A stretch of DNA of 64,000 nt from Anaeromyxobacter sp. Lineage in GTDB: Bacteria; Myxococcota; Myxococcia; Myxococcales; Anaeromyxobacteraceae. Below, piece after piece: positions 14,003-26,708 of the stretch. The notes under the pieces were generated by a model that did no database searches, was not told the origin of the DNA, and saw only the letters and a list, made by a program, of their open reading frames with translations. A program made the position numbers and the translations under genes. The stretch covers positions 832,001 to 896,000 of the forward strand of contig JASGJN010000022.1 of assembly GCA_049840735.1 (NCBI GenBank), given 5' to 3'. The stretch's first letter is position 1; every line of letters begins with the position of its first letter.

Positions 14003-14026
14003 TGAATGGCTCCGCCCGTTTCTGGA

Positions 14027-17000
14027 TTAGAAGTCGCGGAACTCCGGATCTTCGAACGGAATGGCTTCCTCTGGGGTGACCTTTCGATTCGTCGACGTCA
14101 CCACTTGGCGCGGTCGGCTCTGCTGAGGCGTCGTAGCCCGGCGCGGCAGAATGCTAGGTCCAGTCGCCTTTCTACGTTGATCTGCGGCCAGGAGTTCTCG
14201 TTTCTGGTTGCGTTTGGACGAGTCTCGATCGAGCACGAAGCGTCCCACCAAGCCGGTGAGCTCCTCGGATTGACTCGAGAGTTCTTCCGCTGCGCTCGAG
14301 GACTCTTCGGCGTTTGCGGCCGCAACTTGAACCACCTTGTCCATCTCGCTGACTGCGGTGTTGACCTGCTCGATACCGCGTGATTGCTCCTGACTGGCCA
14401 CGGCGATCTCGCTAACGATATCGTTGACCTTGCCCGCCGCAGACACGATCTCGTTCAAACTGCCCGCAACTTCTCCCGAAATGACCCTGCCGTTCTCGGC
14501 GTGGCCAACGGACATCTTGATCAGGTCCTCGGTCTTCTTGGCGGCTTCCTTGGAGCGAAGGGCTAGATTTCGAACTTCCTCGGCGACCACAGCGAACCCT
14601 CGTCCAGCGTCGCCAGCCCGCGCCGCCTCGACGGCGGCATTGAGCGCAAGTAGATTGGTTTGGAATGCGATTTCGTTGATGTCCTTGATGATCTGCGCTG
14701 TGCCTTCGGCGGCGGCGCGGATCTTTTCCATCGCATCGATCATGCGTGACATGGCCTGACCGCCCTTTTCCGCGGCCTCCTTGGTCGATTGCGCCAATGA
14801 CCTGGCCTGGACGGTATTGTCGGCGTTCTGCTTCGTCATGCTCGCCATTTCTTCGAGGCTGCTCGACGTTTCCTCCAAGCTACTTGCTTGTTCGGAGGCC
14901 CCCTGGGCGACGGATTGACTAGACGAAGCGATCTGGCGTGAAGCTTCCGACACCTGTTCCACGGCGTCAGCGACCTGGGTGAGGGCATCGTGCAATGCCT
15001 TGCCCGTACCGTTCAGTGCCGTCTTGATGCGGGCGTGGTCACCGCTGTAATTGCCGACCACTCGTGCTCGCAGGTCGTACTGCGCCAGTGTCTCGAGGAC
15101 TTGCGTTGCCTCCATGATTGGGTTCACGACGGCGTCGAGCGTTTTGTTGACGCCTTCCACGATCCTGCGGAAGTCACCCGCGTGTTTCGTTGCGTCTGCC
15201 CGAGTTGCGAGGCGTCCTTCGATGGCTGCCTCTGCAAGGGACTGCGCGTCCGCAACTAGGCTAGTTACCGCGTCGATGCACTGGTTCAGATTCAGCTTGA
15301 TGGCGTTGAAGTCACCGCTGTAGTTCTCGTTGATCTTTGGAGGGATGTTGCCCTTCGAGATCTTGTCGACGTAATCGGCTGCAACGTTGAGCGGTCCAAT
15401 GACGGCATCGAGGGTGTCGTTGACGCCTTGGACGATTCTGCGGAAGTCTCCGTCGTGCCGCGACGCGTCGGCTCGCGTAGCAAGTTTACCTTCGACGGCG
15501 GCCTTCGAGAGCATGGCCGAGTCCGCGACGAGCTTCTGGATGGCGTCGATGCACTGGTTGAGATTGTTCTTGATAGCGTTGAAATCGCCGTTGTAGTTAT
15601 CGGTAATCTTCGAAGGAATGTTACCCTTCGAGATCTTGTCGACGTAATCGGCGGCCACGGACAGCGGCCCTATGACGGCGTTGAGCGTATCGTTGACGCC
15701 CTGCACGATCTTGCGATAATCCCCTTGATGTCTCTGCGCGTCGGCGCGAGTCGAGAGCTTGCCTTCGACTGCTGCGCGACTGAGCATGATGGCGTCGTCG
15801 ATCAGTGCCTTGCTGTTCTTGCGCAACACCTCGACGTTGTCGTTGATGAATGCCTTCTTGCCGGGGAAGCGTTCGAGTTCGGCGTCGAAGTTACCGTTGG
15901 CAAATTGTGCGATACACGCCATTGCCTTCTTCTTGACCGAAATGTGGCCCTTCACCATGTCGTTGACGCCCTTGGCCATGACCTTGAAGCTGCCAACGAA
16001 TTGGTCCTCGGGGACCATCACGTCGATGTCGCCAGCATCGTGCTGCTGGGCCATGTGTCCCATTTCGGCGATGAAGCGGTTCAACGTGTCGACGAGGGTG
16101 TTGAGATTGTTCTTGATCGTATTGAAGTCACCGTTGTAGCGATCGGTGATTTTCGCAGGAATATTGCCCTTGGAGATGTTGTCTACGTAGTCGGCCGCCA
16201 CGTTGAGGGGTTGGATGACGGCATCCAAGGTGTCGTTGACACCCTGCACGATCGGACGGAATTCTTGTGGCACCGCCATGACGTCGCCCCGGGTGGCGAG
16301 CTGACCGTTGATTGCGGCTTCTGCCAGTCGGGCCGCTTCGGAACGGAGGGAATGAATGGCCGTATTCGTTCCACGGATGACGACGGTAGCCGCCGCGATG
16401 ACGAGCCCGAGGCCAAGCAAGAGCACGAGGAGGATGGCCGTCGAACTCCGAGATGCGGACGCATCTGCAGCCGCTGCCGCTCGTTTTCCTAAATCATTGT
16501 TCAGGGCGATCAGTTCATCGAGCAGCTTACTGGCCTCGTTTCGCGCGTCGCGTGTTCGGAGCAGAACCTGCATCGTGCGGTCGTCGAGCTGCAGCACTGC
16601 TGGATCGTCGATCTTCTGCCCTTGAGCGAGAACGGTGTCCTTCTCGCGTTGCAGATCGCCGATGCTTTGGGTCGAGCGCTGCCAGTTATCGAGCACTTGG
16701 ACGAGCTGCTGCCAAATGCGCGCCTCTTCCGGCTCCATCGGCAGACTCTCGTAGAGTCTTCGTCCTTCGGCGAGCTGTTTGAGCCCGCGTTCGATCTCGG
16801 CGTAGTTGCCCTGTCGGCTCTGGGCGTCCATCATGCGTCGCATCGCGAGACCGCGTTGACCCGCCGCGACGTGGAGCTGGCCGACGGCCATCTCCTGCAA
16901 GCCGTACATGCTTGGCATGCGATTGCCAGCGATCTCGTGCGTGATGTCGACGGACGCTACGAGCGATTGTCGTCCTACGAAACCGATGACCGCAGCTACG

Positions 17001-17059
17001 AGCAACGCGAGGCCAAATCCGATGATGACTTTCGTTGATATCTTGGCGTCTTTGAGCAT
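14027..17059 (-). CDS. Methyl-accepting chemotaxis protein with 4HB sensor, multiple HAMP repeats and C-terminal pentapeptide
   Basis: Two TM helices; repeated [28 protein letters not shown] units; [20 protein letters not shown]; ends EFRDF. Confidence 0.95.
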   Translation of the reverse strand: MLKDAKISTKVIIGFGLALLVAAVIGFVGRQSLVASVDITHEIAGNRMPSMYGLQEMAVGQLHVAAGQRGLAMRRMMDAQSRQGNYAEIERGLKQLAEGRRLYESLPMEPEEARIWQQLVQVLDNWQRSTQSIGDLQREKDTVLAQGQKIDDPAVLQLDDRTMQVLLRTRDARNEASKLLDELIALNNDLGKRAAAAADASASRSSTAILLVLLLGLGLVIAAATVVIRGTNTAIHSLRSEAARLAEAAINGQLATRGDVMAVPQEFRPIVQGVNDTLDAVIQPLNVAADYVDNISKGNIPAKITDRYNGDFNTIKNNLNTLVDTLNRFIAEMGHMAQQHDAGDIDVMVPEDQFVGSFKVMAKGVNDMVKGHISVKKKAMACIAQFANGNFDAELERFPGKKAFINDNVEVLRKNSKALIDDAIMLSRAAVEGKLSTRADAQRHQGDYRKIVQGVNDTLNAVIGPLSVAADYVDKISKGNIPSKITDNYNGDFNAIKNNLNQCIDAIQKLVADSAMLSKAAVEGKLATRADASRHDGDFRRIVQGVNDTLDAVIGPLNVAADYVDKISKGNIPPKINENYSGDFNAIKLNLNQCIDAVTSLVADAQSLAEAAIEGRLATRADATKHAGDFRRIVEGVNKTLDAVVNPIMEATQVLETLAQYDLRARVVGNYSGDHARIKTALNGTGKALHDALTQVADAVEQVSEASRQIASSSQSVAQGASEQASSLEETSSSLEEMASMTKQNADNTVQARSLAQSTKEAAEKGGQAMSRMIDAMEKIRAAAEGTAQIIKDINEIAFQTNLLALNAAVEAARAGDAGRGFAVVAEEVRNLALRSKEAAKKTEDLIKMSVGHAENGRVISGEVAGSLNEIVSAAGKVNDIVSEIAVASQEQSRGIEQVNTAVSEMDKVVQVAAANAEESSSAAEELSSQSEELTGLVGRFVLDRDSSKRNQKRELLAADQRRKATGPSILPRRATTPQQSRPRQVVTSTNRKVTPEEAIPFEDPEFRDF

Positions 17060-17097
17060 GAGTTGGGTGCCTGGGGGTGAGGGGGAAAGGCGATGCG

Positions 17098-17655
17098 TTA
17101 AACCCCTGCTGGGGCGTGCTCCAGGGAGTTCACTTGAGCTGCTTCGTCGCGGGAGAGGACCTTTTCGATATCGAGGAGGCAGATGACTCGCTTCTCCGCT
17201 TTCCCGATGCCGAGGATGAAGTCGTTGTCCCCGTTGCTGCTGCGCAAATCAGGCGGCGGTTCGATCTGATCGGCTTCGATGTTCATGACTTCGAGGACTT
17301 CGTCGACGAGTATTCCCATCGTGGTCGACGTGTTTCCGTGATTCCATTGCACCACGATGATGACCGTCTGATCCGTGCTTTCTGTTCGATTCATGCCGAA
17401 TATCAAACGGAGATCGACGACCGGAATGACCTTCCCTCTGAGGTTGATCACGCCTCGGATGAAGTCTTTCGTCTTCGGCACCCGCGTAATATCCATGAGA
17501 CCGATGATTTCTCGAACTCGCAGTATGGCAAGACCATACTCTTCGCTGGCGAGCTTGAATGTCATGTACTTGCCGGCGAGCTGTCGGGTAAGACCCTTCT
17601 TTTGCTCCGATTCGGCGTTTGCCGCAGCGATGGGTTGATTGCTGGAAGCTGTCAT
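17098..17655 (-). CDS. cheW: CheW
   Basis: [34 protein letters not shown]. Confidence 0.95.
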   Translation of the reverse strand: MTASSNQPIAAANAESEQKKGLTRQLAGKYMTFKLASEEYGLAILRVREIIGLMDITRVPKTKDFIRGVINLRGKVIPVVDLRLIFGMNRTESTDQTVIIVVQWNHGNTSTTMGILVDEVLEVMNIEADQIEPPPDLRSSNGDNDFILGIGKAEKRVICLLDIEKVLSRDEAAQVNSLEHAPAGV

Positions 17656-17684
17656 GATGGACCTTCTTTGCGTTCGAGGATGCC

Positions 17685-20376
17685 CTAAGCGACTGCGTGT
17701 AGCGCGGTTTGGTGCGCAGCAAGGGATGTCTCGACGAGGGAATCAATGTTGAGGATGAGACCCACTCTGCCGTTGGAGAGAATTGCCGCACCGGCAAAGA
17801 GGTGATTTACCTCGAGCTCGGTTCCGAGGGTTTTGATGACGACTTGGTGTTTCATGATCACCTCGTCGACGAGGAACGCGACCTGGTCGTGCATCGACTC
17901 GACAATCAGGATGAGTGCCTTGGTCGGATTCGAGTTCGGTATCGGGAATATCGAGAATCTGTCCCAAGCGAATGAGCGGTAACGTTTGACCCCGTACGAG
18001 GATGTGTTCGTGTCTGCCTGCAAGGTTGAAGAGCATGTCCTCGGTGGGTTGCAGCGACTCGATGATGTTGAGTGTGGGGACGATGAAGCGTTCGCTGCCA
18101 CAGCGGATCACCATGCCGTCGATGATGGCGAGCGTGAGGGGAAGGACCAATCGAAACGTCGTGCCTTTGCCAGGGGCGGAGGTCGTGATGATTCGCCCTC
18201 GGACTGCCTCGATGTTGCGTTTGACGACGTCCATACCGACGCCTCTTCCCGAGATTTCCGTGACCTGAGCTGCCGTGGAGAAGCCCGGCATGAAGAGGAG
18301 ATCGTAGACTTGACTGTCGGTGAGGTTCGCGCCCTCTGCTATGAGACCTTGTGAAATCGCCTTCTTGACCACGCGATCCCGATCGATGCCTTTGCCGTCG
18401 TCGGAGATCTTCACCACGATGCTTCCGGCTTCGTGGGTTGCCGACAAGACGATGAGTCCAGTCTCCTGCTTTCCGGCGGCGGCGCGATCTGCTGGGGATT
18501 CGATGCCGTGATCGACGGCATTGCGGATCAGGTGGACGAGCGGATCGGCTATTTGTTCCACCATGCTTCGATCCATTTCGGTGTTTTCACCGCGCAGTTC
18601 GACGCGGACCTGCTTGTTGCTGCGGCGGGTCAGGTCACGGACCATCCGAGCCATTTTTTGGAACTCGGACCGCAAGGGAACCATGCGCATGCGCATGCCT
18701 AGCTCTTGGAGCTCGCGGGTGATTTTGGCGAATTGGCCCAGGTAGTTGCGAAGGTGGCCTGGAAGTGCACGGATCTCCTGTGCGTTGCTGACCATCGACT
18801 CGACGATGACGAGTTCGCCAATCGTCTCGACGAGTTGATCGACCCGTTCGAGGTCGACCTTGACGATCTCTCTGGCTTTCGTGCTTTGATGCGTCGAATT
18901 GCTTTGTCCGCGCAGCGCCTGAGCCACCACCTTCGCGGGCACGGTACCGGAAGAAATGAGTTCTTCGCCGAGCCGTCGCCCCGTCTCCCGTTGTTGCACG
19001 AGGGCTTCGCTCAGCTGTTGCTCGGAGATCGCTCCGTTGTCGAGCAGGATTTCTCCGAGCTTGTTACCGGGTTTTGCTGGAAGCGCCGAGCCGGGCGGGA
19101 TTTCTCCGTTCGTCGTCGCCTTGATCTTGGCGACCAGGGCGCCGATCCCAGCGACTTTCTCTAGGGGGGCGTGCCTATCGAGTGCAGTCTGAACGGCAGA
19201 AAGCAGAGTTCGAAGCAGTGTCGTGGAGTCGAAGACGAGATCGATGACGCCCGTTTCCGCGACCAATTTGCCGCTCCGGACGCTATCGAGCATCGTCTCC
19301 GTGGTGTGGGACAGTTCGACGATCTGCGATAGATGGAGGAAGGATGCCACGCCTTTGAGCGTGTGAAACGCTCGAAAGAGCTTGTTGATTCGCTCGGCGT
19401 CGGGACCTTCGCGCTCGATCTCGAGTAGGGTTTGGTCGACCGCGCTGACCGACTCCTGACTTTCGTGGAGAAACTCGACGACGAGTTCGAGTTCTTGGTC
19501 GTCCCAGATCGTCGGAACGGATGGCGGCGGAGGCGCGCTTTCGAGCAGGCTGGGGAGGGGCGGTTGTTTCGCCGTGCCACCCCGCTTTTTGGACGTCGAG
19601 GTTTTCAGGGATGGAGTGCTGGGCGGAGTCGACGGCGCGATGGCATGTAGAGTGTTTTCTCGGACGTGGCGCTGGGAGGCTTCTGCGAGAGCCCCAAGAA
19701 CCTGGTCCACTGGCGCGCTTGAAAGCCATCCCGCCTCGTAGTCGACGAGCGCGTCCATCATCCAGTCGCGGACGCGAAGGAGCTCCTCTCCTCGTTCCCA
19801 GACCGGGCTCGGTACCTCGAGGTAGGTTTCCGTGGCGTGAAGAACGGTGGCAAGCTCGTTGATACCGAGCATGCCGGCTTCACCCTTCAAGGTGTGGATG
19901 ATCCTTCGGATGGGCTCGATGGCGTCGAGCGCGCCCGTTTTGAGCGATTGGATGTGCGTCTCGAGGTCATCGCCGGTGAGCCGTGTATTGGCAATGAACT
20001 CGGCGAGCAACGCCGGATCGGCGGCGTCCGATAGGACGAGTGGTCGCCGATTCTGGGCGACTCCAGCAGGCGGAATTGGTCGTTCCCAGTCTTTGGCGTG
20101 GTCGTACCAGTACTGCGTCAGGGCTTCGAGCTCTTGGCGTATGGCATCGACTTGCTTGTTGCTCGGTTTGCGCGAGGCGATGACGGTTCTTAGGGCCGAC
20201 AAGGTCTCGGTGCTCGTTCCGCCCAGGGAGATGTCCCGCTGCTGGTCCCGCAAGAACGCGTCGATGTCTTCGAGATTGGCAAGGGCACGTTCGAGTGAGG
20301 GAAGCGAACCGAAATCTACCGTGAGCAATGCGGCAGACAGACGATCGACGAGTTCTTCAAATTGCCCCCGAGACAT
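17685..20376 (-). CDS. cheA: CheA histidine kinase with two Hpt domains and an MshEN motif (apparent frameshift near 17929)
   Basis: HTLKG twice, HLIRNAVDHG, DDGKG, SGRGVGMDVV, LPLTLAI, C-terminal CheW-like domain in the shifted frame (GAAILSNGRV). Confidence 0.93.
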
Positions 20377-20911
20377 CCCTTTTCTCGTTCTCCCGGCGCT
20401 TTTCGGCAGAGCTTTGCTATGCGTGAGAACCAAGTCTCCCGACTCGGCTTCGGCGCGTTTGTCTGGAGAGCATTCCGAGTCACGAATCTCACTGAATGCC
20501 GCAGACTTGAAACGGCTGATGCCAAAGAGGGAATAGGGGGCCGCCCAAAAAGTTGACTTTGGGCTCGAATTGTCGCGGCATCGTGAGACCACGCGTTGCC
20601 TTCGTGGATGGTGGCGCCGACTCGATCGGTGGCTTGGGCGTCCTATGCCGTGCCGGGTTGCATCGGGCAATTGCTCGGGATCTTGACGAAAGTCACGTTG
20701 CCTCGTCGGCGCGAGTCGGAGCCACTGCCGAAATGGCGCTGACTTTCGCAGTGGGTGCGGTTCACGCGTTCCCCGGTTCCCTTATTCCTCTGTGCCTCCA
20801 GAATGTGAACCGACGTCTGGTGGGGAGTGAATTGAGCGATCTTCAGTCCCTAGCCCTGAGGCTGCAGGTCCCCTAGCGCTGCAGATTGACGAGGCTTTTT
20901 CAAGTTGGCGC

Positions 20912-22114
20912 GTGACAACGATGGCGAGGTGGCTAGGCTCCGGCTTCGAGCCGATGGCCGCGACACCCGCTACACTGGACTTCTACGAGCGCAAGTACTT
21001 TCCTGCTTTGGATGGTCTACGGGCCCTCAGCATCGTACCTGTCGTTTGGCATCACTCGACACCCTACACGTACGAGGGGGTATTGGGGCGGGGCTCGACT
21101 GGAGTGGACCTTTTCTTTGCGATAAGCGGCTTTCTCATCACGACGCTTCTGATTCGAGAGCGTGAGCGCGAGGGCTCGATCGCGCTAGGCGCGTTCTTTC
21201 TGCGTCGTGCGCTTAGGATTTTCCCACTCTACTTTCTCGTACTCGTGCTCAATTGGTCCTATGCGGTCTGGGTTCGACCGGAATTGGGACCAAGTCAACG
21301 CTTCCTCGAGCGGTTGCCATACTACGCGACGTATACAGCCAATTGGTTGAGTCCGGAGACCCTCGCGGCACCGTCGCTCTTCGTCTTCGCTTGGTCGCTC
21401 TGCACCGAGGAGCAGTTTTATGCGTTCTGGGCGCCGATGCTTCGGTGGGTCAAGCGACTCCGTTGGGCTGGTTTCGCGATGCTCGTGGTGGTTCTTTCGG
21501 ATCTCGGCATCGAACGTGCGCCAAAGTCCCTGATTCGAGTGATTCCCGAACAGCTGAGGATCGTCATTTCTAGTTTTGCGACTCCGATTGGATTGGGAGC
21601 ACTAGCTGCAATGGCAGCGCACCATCCGCGTTTCGGGCGCACGTTGACGAAGCTCGCGAGTCTTCCGTTGGTCGCACCGGTTTCGTTGGTTTTGGTGCTA
21701 GCCATGATCGTCGTTCCGTTCGCACCCCTACCGCTTTTTCATGCAGCGCTGGCGCTACTCGTGTTCACGTACGCGTCGCGTTCGACGGCGGGCGCTCGGT
21801 CGGTGTTCGAACATCCCGTTACCGCCTACATTGGCCGAATCAGTTACGGGATTTACCTGTGGCACGTCGCTGTCATTGGGGGCCTGAAGTGGGCGATTCC
21901 AACGCTCCAAGCTCGCCCCTTTTTCCTCTTTGCGTGCGGGTTTCCGCTGTCGGTGATGGTAGCGAGTGTATCCTATTGGGGATTCGAAGGCCGTTTCCTA
22001 AGGTACGCTCGTCGATTTCGAAGGGGAGTTTCGGTGCCCGAGGCATCAAGGCATCGCTCGTCGGAGCACGTCGAGGATCTGCCGCGGGCCGAATACTCTG
22101 CCGAGGTGCTCTGA
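20912..22114 (+). CDS. Acyltransferase family 3 (OafA-like) membrane O-acyltransferase
   Basis: LDGLRA, GVDLFFAISGFLIT, RRALRIFP, WSL..EEQFY, GRISYGIYLWH; exact start uncertain. Confidence 0.9.
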   Translation: MTTMARWLGSGFEPMAATPATLDFYERKYFPALDGLRALSIVPVVWHHSTPYTYEGVLGRGSTGVDLFFAISGFLITTLLIREREREGSIALGAFFLRRALRIFPLYFLVLVLNWSYAVWVRPELGPSQRFLERLPYYATYTANWLSPETLAAPSLFVFAWSLCTEEQFYAFWAPMLRWVKRLRWAGFAMLVVVLSDLGIERAPKSLIRVIPEQLRIVISSFATPIGLGALAAMAAHHPRFGRTLTKLASLPLVAPVSLVLVLAMIVVPFAPLPLFHAALALLVFTYASRSTAGARSVFEHPVTAYIGRISYGIYLWHVAVIGGLKWAIPTLQARPFFLFACGFPLSVMVASVSYWGFEGRFLRYARRFRRGVSVPEASRHRSSEHVEDLPRAEYSAEVL

Positions 22115-23777
22115 GTAGACGACGAGCCCTTCGAGCTCGATGCGTCCGCCATCGATGACGAGGTGGTTCTTCGAAAACGGCATCTCGGCCGTGTGCTTGC
22201 CTCGGTGGACGATGAGACGTCCTCCTTTTGGACCTTTCGGATCCAACGCAATTGCGTACCCCGAGTCCTCGAGCGCTGCGGTCAAATCCGTGAACAGCCG
22301 TGGCTGCATTTCGTCCAGCGACAAATCGAGGAATGTCGCAATCGCTTTGCCTACGTCGGTGTTCTCGACGAGCCCCTGCGGACGCTCCGGGCCATAGGCG
22401 AACAGATACACGTCGGCGCCGGTGTGATTGTCCGTCGTCCAACCGATTCGCGCGCGCGTCGAGATGATGCGGCTGAGCTGCGTGTTCAATCCCTGGCGAC
22501 TGCGGAGTGCTTGCTCCAATTGCTGTCGCTCGTCGCCCGAAAGATCGTCGATTCCCCATTCTCGTTCGAGGATCTTCGTCGGCGAGTCTTCGCCGCCTTC
22601 GAGCAGGAGCTGCGCAAGCCGCGAAGCCGTGACTTTGGCTTTTCGTAGGGGCACTACGACGGAATCATCGTCCGTGCGCGAGTAATTTCGATCGGCGTTC
22701 GTTCCTACGGACAACCCGCCCGTTCCGTGATCGGCGACGACGATGACCTGAGTGTGATCGTTGCTCCGGGCATACGCTAGGCTTCGTTCCACGGCCGCGT
22801 CGAATGCGAGGAGCTCGGAGACGACGCCAACGGGATCGTTGGCGTGTGCGGCGAAGTCGACCTTCGAGCCTTCGACGAATAGGAAGAAGCCGTGGTGCCG
22901 TGACTGCTCTTTTCCCGCGAGTCGCTCGATCGCGTAGGCCGTCATTTGGGCCAGTGAAGGTTGCCCTGGAGCAAAGCGCTCTCGATCGAGTTCGTAGGCG
23001 AGATCCTGAGCTGCGAAAAGACCCCACACACGGTCGGCATTCGCGCTGGATAGATCGTCTTTCGTCCTAGCGAGCGCGTACCCACTGGCACCGAGTTCGG
23101 CAACGAGGTCCTCATCGTCTGCTCGTTTTCCGCCGCTAATTGGGGGAAGGAGGTAGTCGGACCCACCAGACAGAGACGACGTCCATTCCTTGGTAAACCT
23201 GCTGCTTGGCGATATCATCGTAGGAATTTCGATCCGGTACGTGCGCCGAGAATGCTGCAGGTGTTGCGTGTTGGACGTTGGACGTTGCAATGAGCCCGGT
23301 CGCGAATCCTTTGACTCGTGCCGCTTCGAGGACCGTGACGAGTGGAACGTACGCGAGGGACGGAACCGTCTTTGCTGCGTCGATCGTGGTACGATAAGGA
23401 CCGATGGCGATGGCCTTGTCCGTTCCCTTGTAGCCAGTCGAATACGCCGAAGCTCCTGGAGCGGAATCCGTGATGATCGAGTCGGCGCCGTAGGTTCGAA
23501 TTGCGCCAGTCAGGATGGCATCGACGGCGAGTGGCGCCCCCTTCACCCAGCGCGCGAGAGTCCAGGCTTCTGGTGACGTACCGTCGGAGAGCAACAAGAT
23601 GACGTTCTTCGGCTTTGCCGCGACTCGATCTCGGGCCTCGGGCGCCGATCGCGATTGATTCGGGCTGGCGACGGGTGCTGGCGTCGGCGAGACGCATTGG
23701 CTGGACGTGGCGCCGCAGGACGAGCAAAGACCTACGACAACGAGAAGCGGCGCAACGTGCGAGAGTCGCGAAGACAT
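22046..23777 (-). CDS. phoA: Alkaline phosphatase (PhoA family), probable lipoprotein (apparent frameshift near 23175)
   Basis: KNVILLLSDG, ITDSAPGA, HATPA, VEGSKVDFAAH.ND, VVADHGTGG, HTG.DV. Confidence 0.9.
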
Positions 23778-23840
23778 CGGGGCGGAGTGTACGGTCTTCG
23801 CGAAGCCTTGGGTCCGAGAAAAACGCCCACTCGCTTCGCA

Positions 23841-25043
23841 TCAGGGCGCCCCCTGTGTTCCTCGGCCCCGTCCGTAGATGTCCCCCCGTCCGGAACAGCT
23901 CACCGCGAACGTGACGCGGGCAGCGGGGCGGGGGGGATAATGACCTGAAGTCGCGATTATCGAGGCAGCCACGCCGACATCAATGCGTCGACGCTGTTCG
24001 AACTGATCCGCGTAGAACACGTCGTAGAGCAGCCGAGCGGCTGCCTGCGCGAGCTCTTCCGGACAATCCTGAAGCTCGCGCCGCGCGAGGGCCTTGGGTG
24101 GCGGATTGGCTCTCGACCAAAAGTCTGGAAAGGTCTGAAGATCCGTGGTGAGGGCGACGAGCGAGGACGCGTCCGAGGCATCGATCCCAAAGAACGACAG
24201 CGCGGAAACGAGTCGCTTCCGATAGGAAACCATCGCATCGGTTTGCGAGGGCGGTGGCATCGAATCGCGATGATCCTCGAACAATCGCTCTGCCGCTTCG
24301 ACGGCATCGGAAGAAATCACCGCACGTCCACCGGTGGGACCGACAGCAATGACGTAACAGTCCGCTCCGCGCTCGGAGAGCGCAAACGCTGCGGAGATGA
24401 CGCTGTGTCTCGGCAATGTCAGGAGCCACTCGATGAGTGCTGGATCGACACCCGCTGAAGCCCCCGAGGCGGCGTCGGCACCGGGCAACACGCTGTGTCG
24501 CTGCGGCCGCATGCTGTCGAAGGTCGGGGACATTCCAGGTGGGATCGAGGGACGTTGACTCGGTGGTGCCTCACCGGGGAGTTGGGATGGCCTGCCACCC
24601 GCGTGCAAGGCCGTGGTTTCCTCGATCTTCACGAATCGTTCGTAGCGCCCTGACAAGAGGACCTTGGGAATGGGTAGCTCACCATCGTTGTACGTTGCAA
24701 CGGAAAGCAAAGCGAGTAGCAGTCGGGCATCCCCGACGGAGATTTCGTCGATTTCTTCCGTGACTCGGAAGGTGATGAGCCTCCCATCGGGTTGGTGACG
24801 AATCCAGTCGCAGTCACGCAGTAGCTCGAGGGTCATGATGTCGCTGACCCAATCGACCGCGATATAAAAGGCTCCGTCGATACCGACGCAAGCGCCGTCT
24901 TCCTCGACTTGGCAGAAGGGAAGTTCTTGGCTGACCCAATCGACGAGTTCGGTTTTGGTGAGTGACTCACCGAGCGCGAGAAGTGATCCAAGTTGCTTGA
25001 GCCTCGAAGGCTCCACCCTCTCAAGCAGTGTCTGTAGATCCAT
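23841..25043 (-). CDS. Hypothetical protein with Pro/Ser-rich linker (PPSQRPSIPP)
   Basis: Long ORF with coding-like composition; MDLQTLLE taken as the start; no recognised motif. Confidence 0.55.
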   Translation of the reverse strand: MDLQTLLERVEPSRLKQLGSLLALGESLTKTELVDWVSQELPFCQVEEDGACVGIDGAFYIAVDWVSDIMTLELLRDCDWIRHQPDGRLITFRVTEEIDEISVGDARLLLALLSVATYNDGELPIPKVLLSGRYERFVKIEETTALHAGGRPSQLPGEAPPSQRPSIPPGMSPTFDSMRPQRHSVLPGADAASGASAGVDPALIEWLLTLPRHSVISAAFALSERGADCYVIAVGPTGGRAVISSDAVEAAERLFEDHRDSMPPPSQTDAMVSYRKRLVSALSFFGIDASDASSLVALTTDLQTFPDFWSRANPPPKALARRELQDCPEELAQAAARLLYDVFYADQFEQRRRIDVGVAASIIATSGHYPPRPAARVTFAVSCSGRGDIYGRGRGTQGAP

Positions 25044-25375
25044 CGTGGACAATAGAATTTCCGGTGTCCCGAAAAATGCAAGCGAACGCGTGAAGAAAAA
25101 CATGCATTTAGGGGGAATCTCCGTGGCTTCGTTGCTCATTTCACGCCCGGTCCGGTGTCAGCCGGGGCGTGAAGCGTGATGTGTGCCGCAGGCTTGACTT
25201 TCTCGAATTTCAGCGCTCGACGTTCTTCTCCACGGACGTCGAAAATGTTCGTCGAGCACGCGCCGGAGGTGTGTCGTGGATGGTGTTCGGCGCGCTCGGC
25301 CCCGAGCCCGACGTCGCGTCACGCTGCGCCGAGGGGCTGCGAGAACACTGGCGAATCGTTCGTCGATCGTGGATA

Positions 25376-26482
25376 GTGCGCGCTGTGGTCGACCTTCGCT
25401 TCCCCGCAGTGTTGGGGCTTCTGCTCGGAGCCGGGGTGGCGCATGCGGCCGCGCCCGCTCGACCGGACGCTCGCGGTGGAGCGCCGAGTGCGCCGCCCAT
25501 CGTGGTGTCGCTGGATTTCAACGCTGACGAGGGTTGCGCCGATCGCGCGCGTTTCGAGTCGGGGCTCAAGGCGAGGTTCGATCGCATTTCCTTCGCGGGT
25601 CCCGGGGCGTCTCGTTGGATCCTGCAGGTGCGGCTCACGACCGTTCCAGGCGGCGCACACGGCGAATTGCGCTTCATCGACGAGCATGGTGAGGCGTCAC
25701 CGCGCGTCGTCGACGGAGCCGATTGCGCGTCCGTCGTCGAGGCGCTTTCTCTCACCGCTGCACTCGCTATCGAACAGACCGTTGCGTTGGCGGAGCTGAC
25801 CGGTTCGAGCATCGAGCCGAGTGGTGGTTCCGACGGTTCCGGCGCCGGTATCGGAGCCAATGGGGCACCGCCGAAGAACCCCGATGGGTCGGCGCCGTCC
25901 GACGTTCCTACGACGCCACAAAACCCATCTGCTCCCGATCCGGAGACGGACCCGTTTCGGATCCGCAGTCATCGCTTCGGCGTGAGTTTCTTTGCCGCCA
26001 AGCTGGTTTCCCCGCAGACGAGCATCGGGATGCGCGGCGAGTATGCCTTTGCTCCACGCGTTTCGGCAGCGATACGGCCAGAGCTCGGCATTGGACTGAG
26101 CTACGTGCCTGCGGAGTCGCTGCAACCAAAGTCTCCCATCTCGGTGTCCGAGACGGGGGCCTTCGTTCTACTCTGTCCGACGCGGTGGTTTCTCGGTGAG
26201 CAGGTCTCCTTGCTCCCCTGTGCGAGTACGACCGTCGGGCACCTACGCGTGAGTTCTCGTGAAGTGTGGTTGTCAACGCCGTCCGAGCGTTGGCAGGCAA
26301 CCTCCGGCATCGATGCGCGGCTCGAGACGCGCCTGGGACGGCACATTTCCCTCGATGTGCTCGCGGGCTTGTTCGTTCCTTGGGCGCGGCGTTCGTACCG
26401 AACGATCGAGCCAAACGCTTCGGTTGGCGAGACCCCGCACGTCAGCTGGATCTTGGGTGTCGGTTGGAATTGGAATTCCTGA
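25376..26482 (+). CDS. Exported, probably outer-membrane beta-barrel-like protein associated with the ECF sigma factor
   Basis: Signal peptide ending AHA-A, Cys pairs, Pro/Gly linker, amphipathic beta C-terminus ending LGVGWNWNS; start uncertain. Confidence 0.6.
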   Translation: MRAVVDLRFPAVLGLLLGAGVAHAAAPARPDARGGAPSAPPIVVSLDFNADEGCADRARFESGLKARFDRISFAGPGASRWILQVRLTTVPGGAHGELRFIDEHGEASPRVVDGADCASVVEALSLTAALAIEQTVALAELTGSSIEPSGGSDGSGAGIGANGAPPKNPDGSAPSDVPTTPQNPSAPDPETDPFRIRSHRFGVSFFAAKLVSPQTSIGMRGEYAFAPRVSAAIRPELGIGLSYVPAESLQPKSPISVSETGAFVLLCPTRWFLGEQVSLLPCASTTVGHLRVSSREVWLSTPSERWQATSGIDARLETRLGRHISLDVLAGLFVPWARRSYRTIEPNASVGETPHVSWILGVGWNWNS

Positions 26483-26708
26483 GCGCGAGACATCCGCGCC
26501 CTGAAGTTGAGCCTGGTCTGTTGGCCGATATGGGATTTTGCCGCCGCGAGGTCCTCGCGGGGGCACCTGCGGTGATCAGCGTGCCAATTGGCGGGAATCA
26601 ATAGGCAGCTGACCCGAAATTTCCACCGTGCTCATCGATCTTCTCGCCTCAGACAATGACCTTCGCTCGCCGCGGACGCAGGCGTGTGGCAATACGATCC
26701 AGGCAAGG

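Noticed and set aside
20377..20520. c-di-GMP-I riboswitch upstream of cheA
   Set aside because: Only isolated GCAAAG/GAAA words are present; the P1/P2 pairing could not be built
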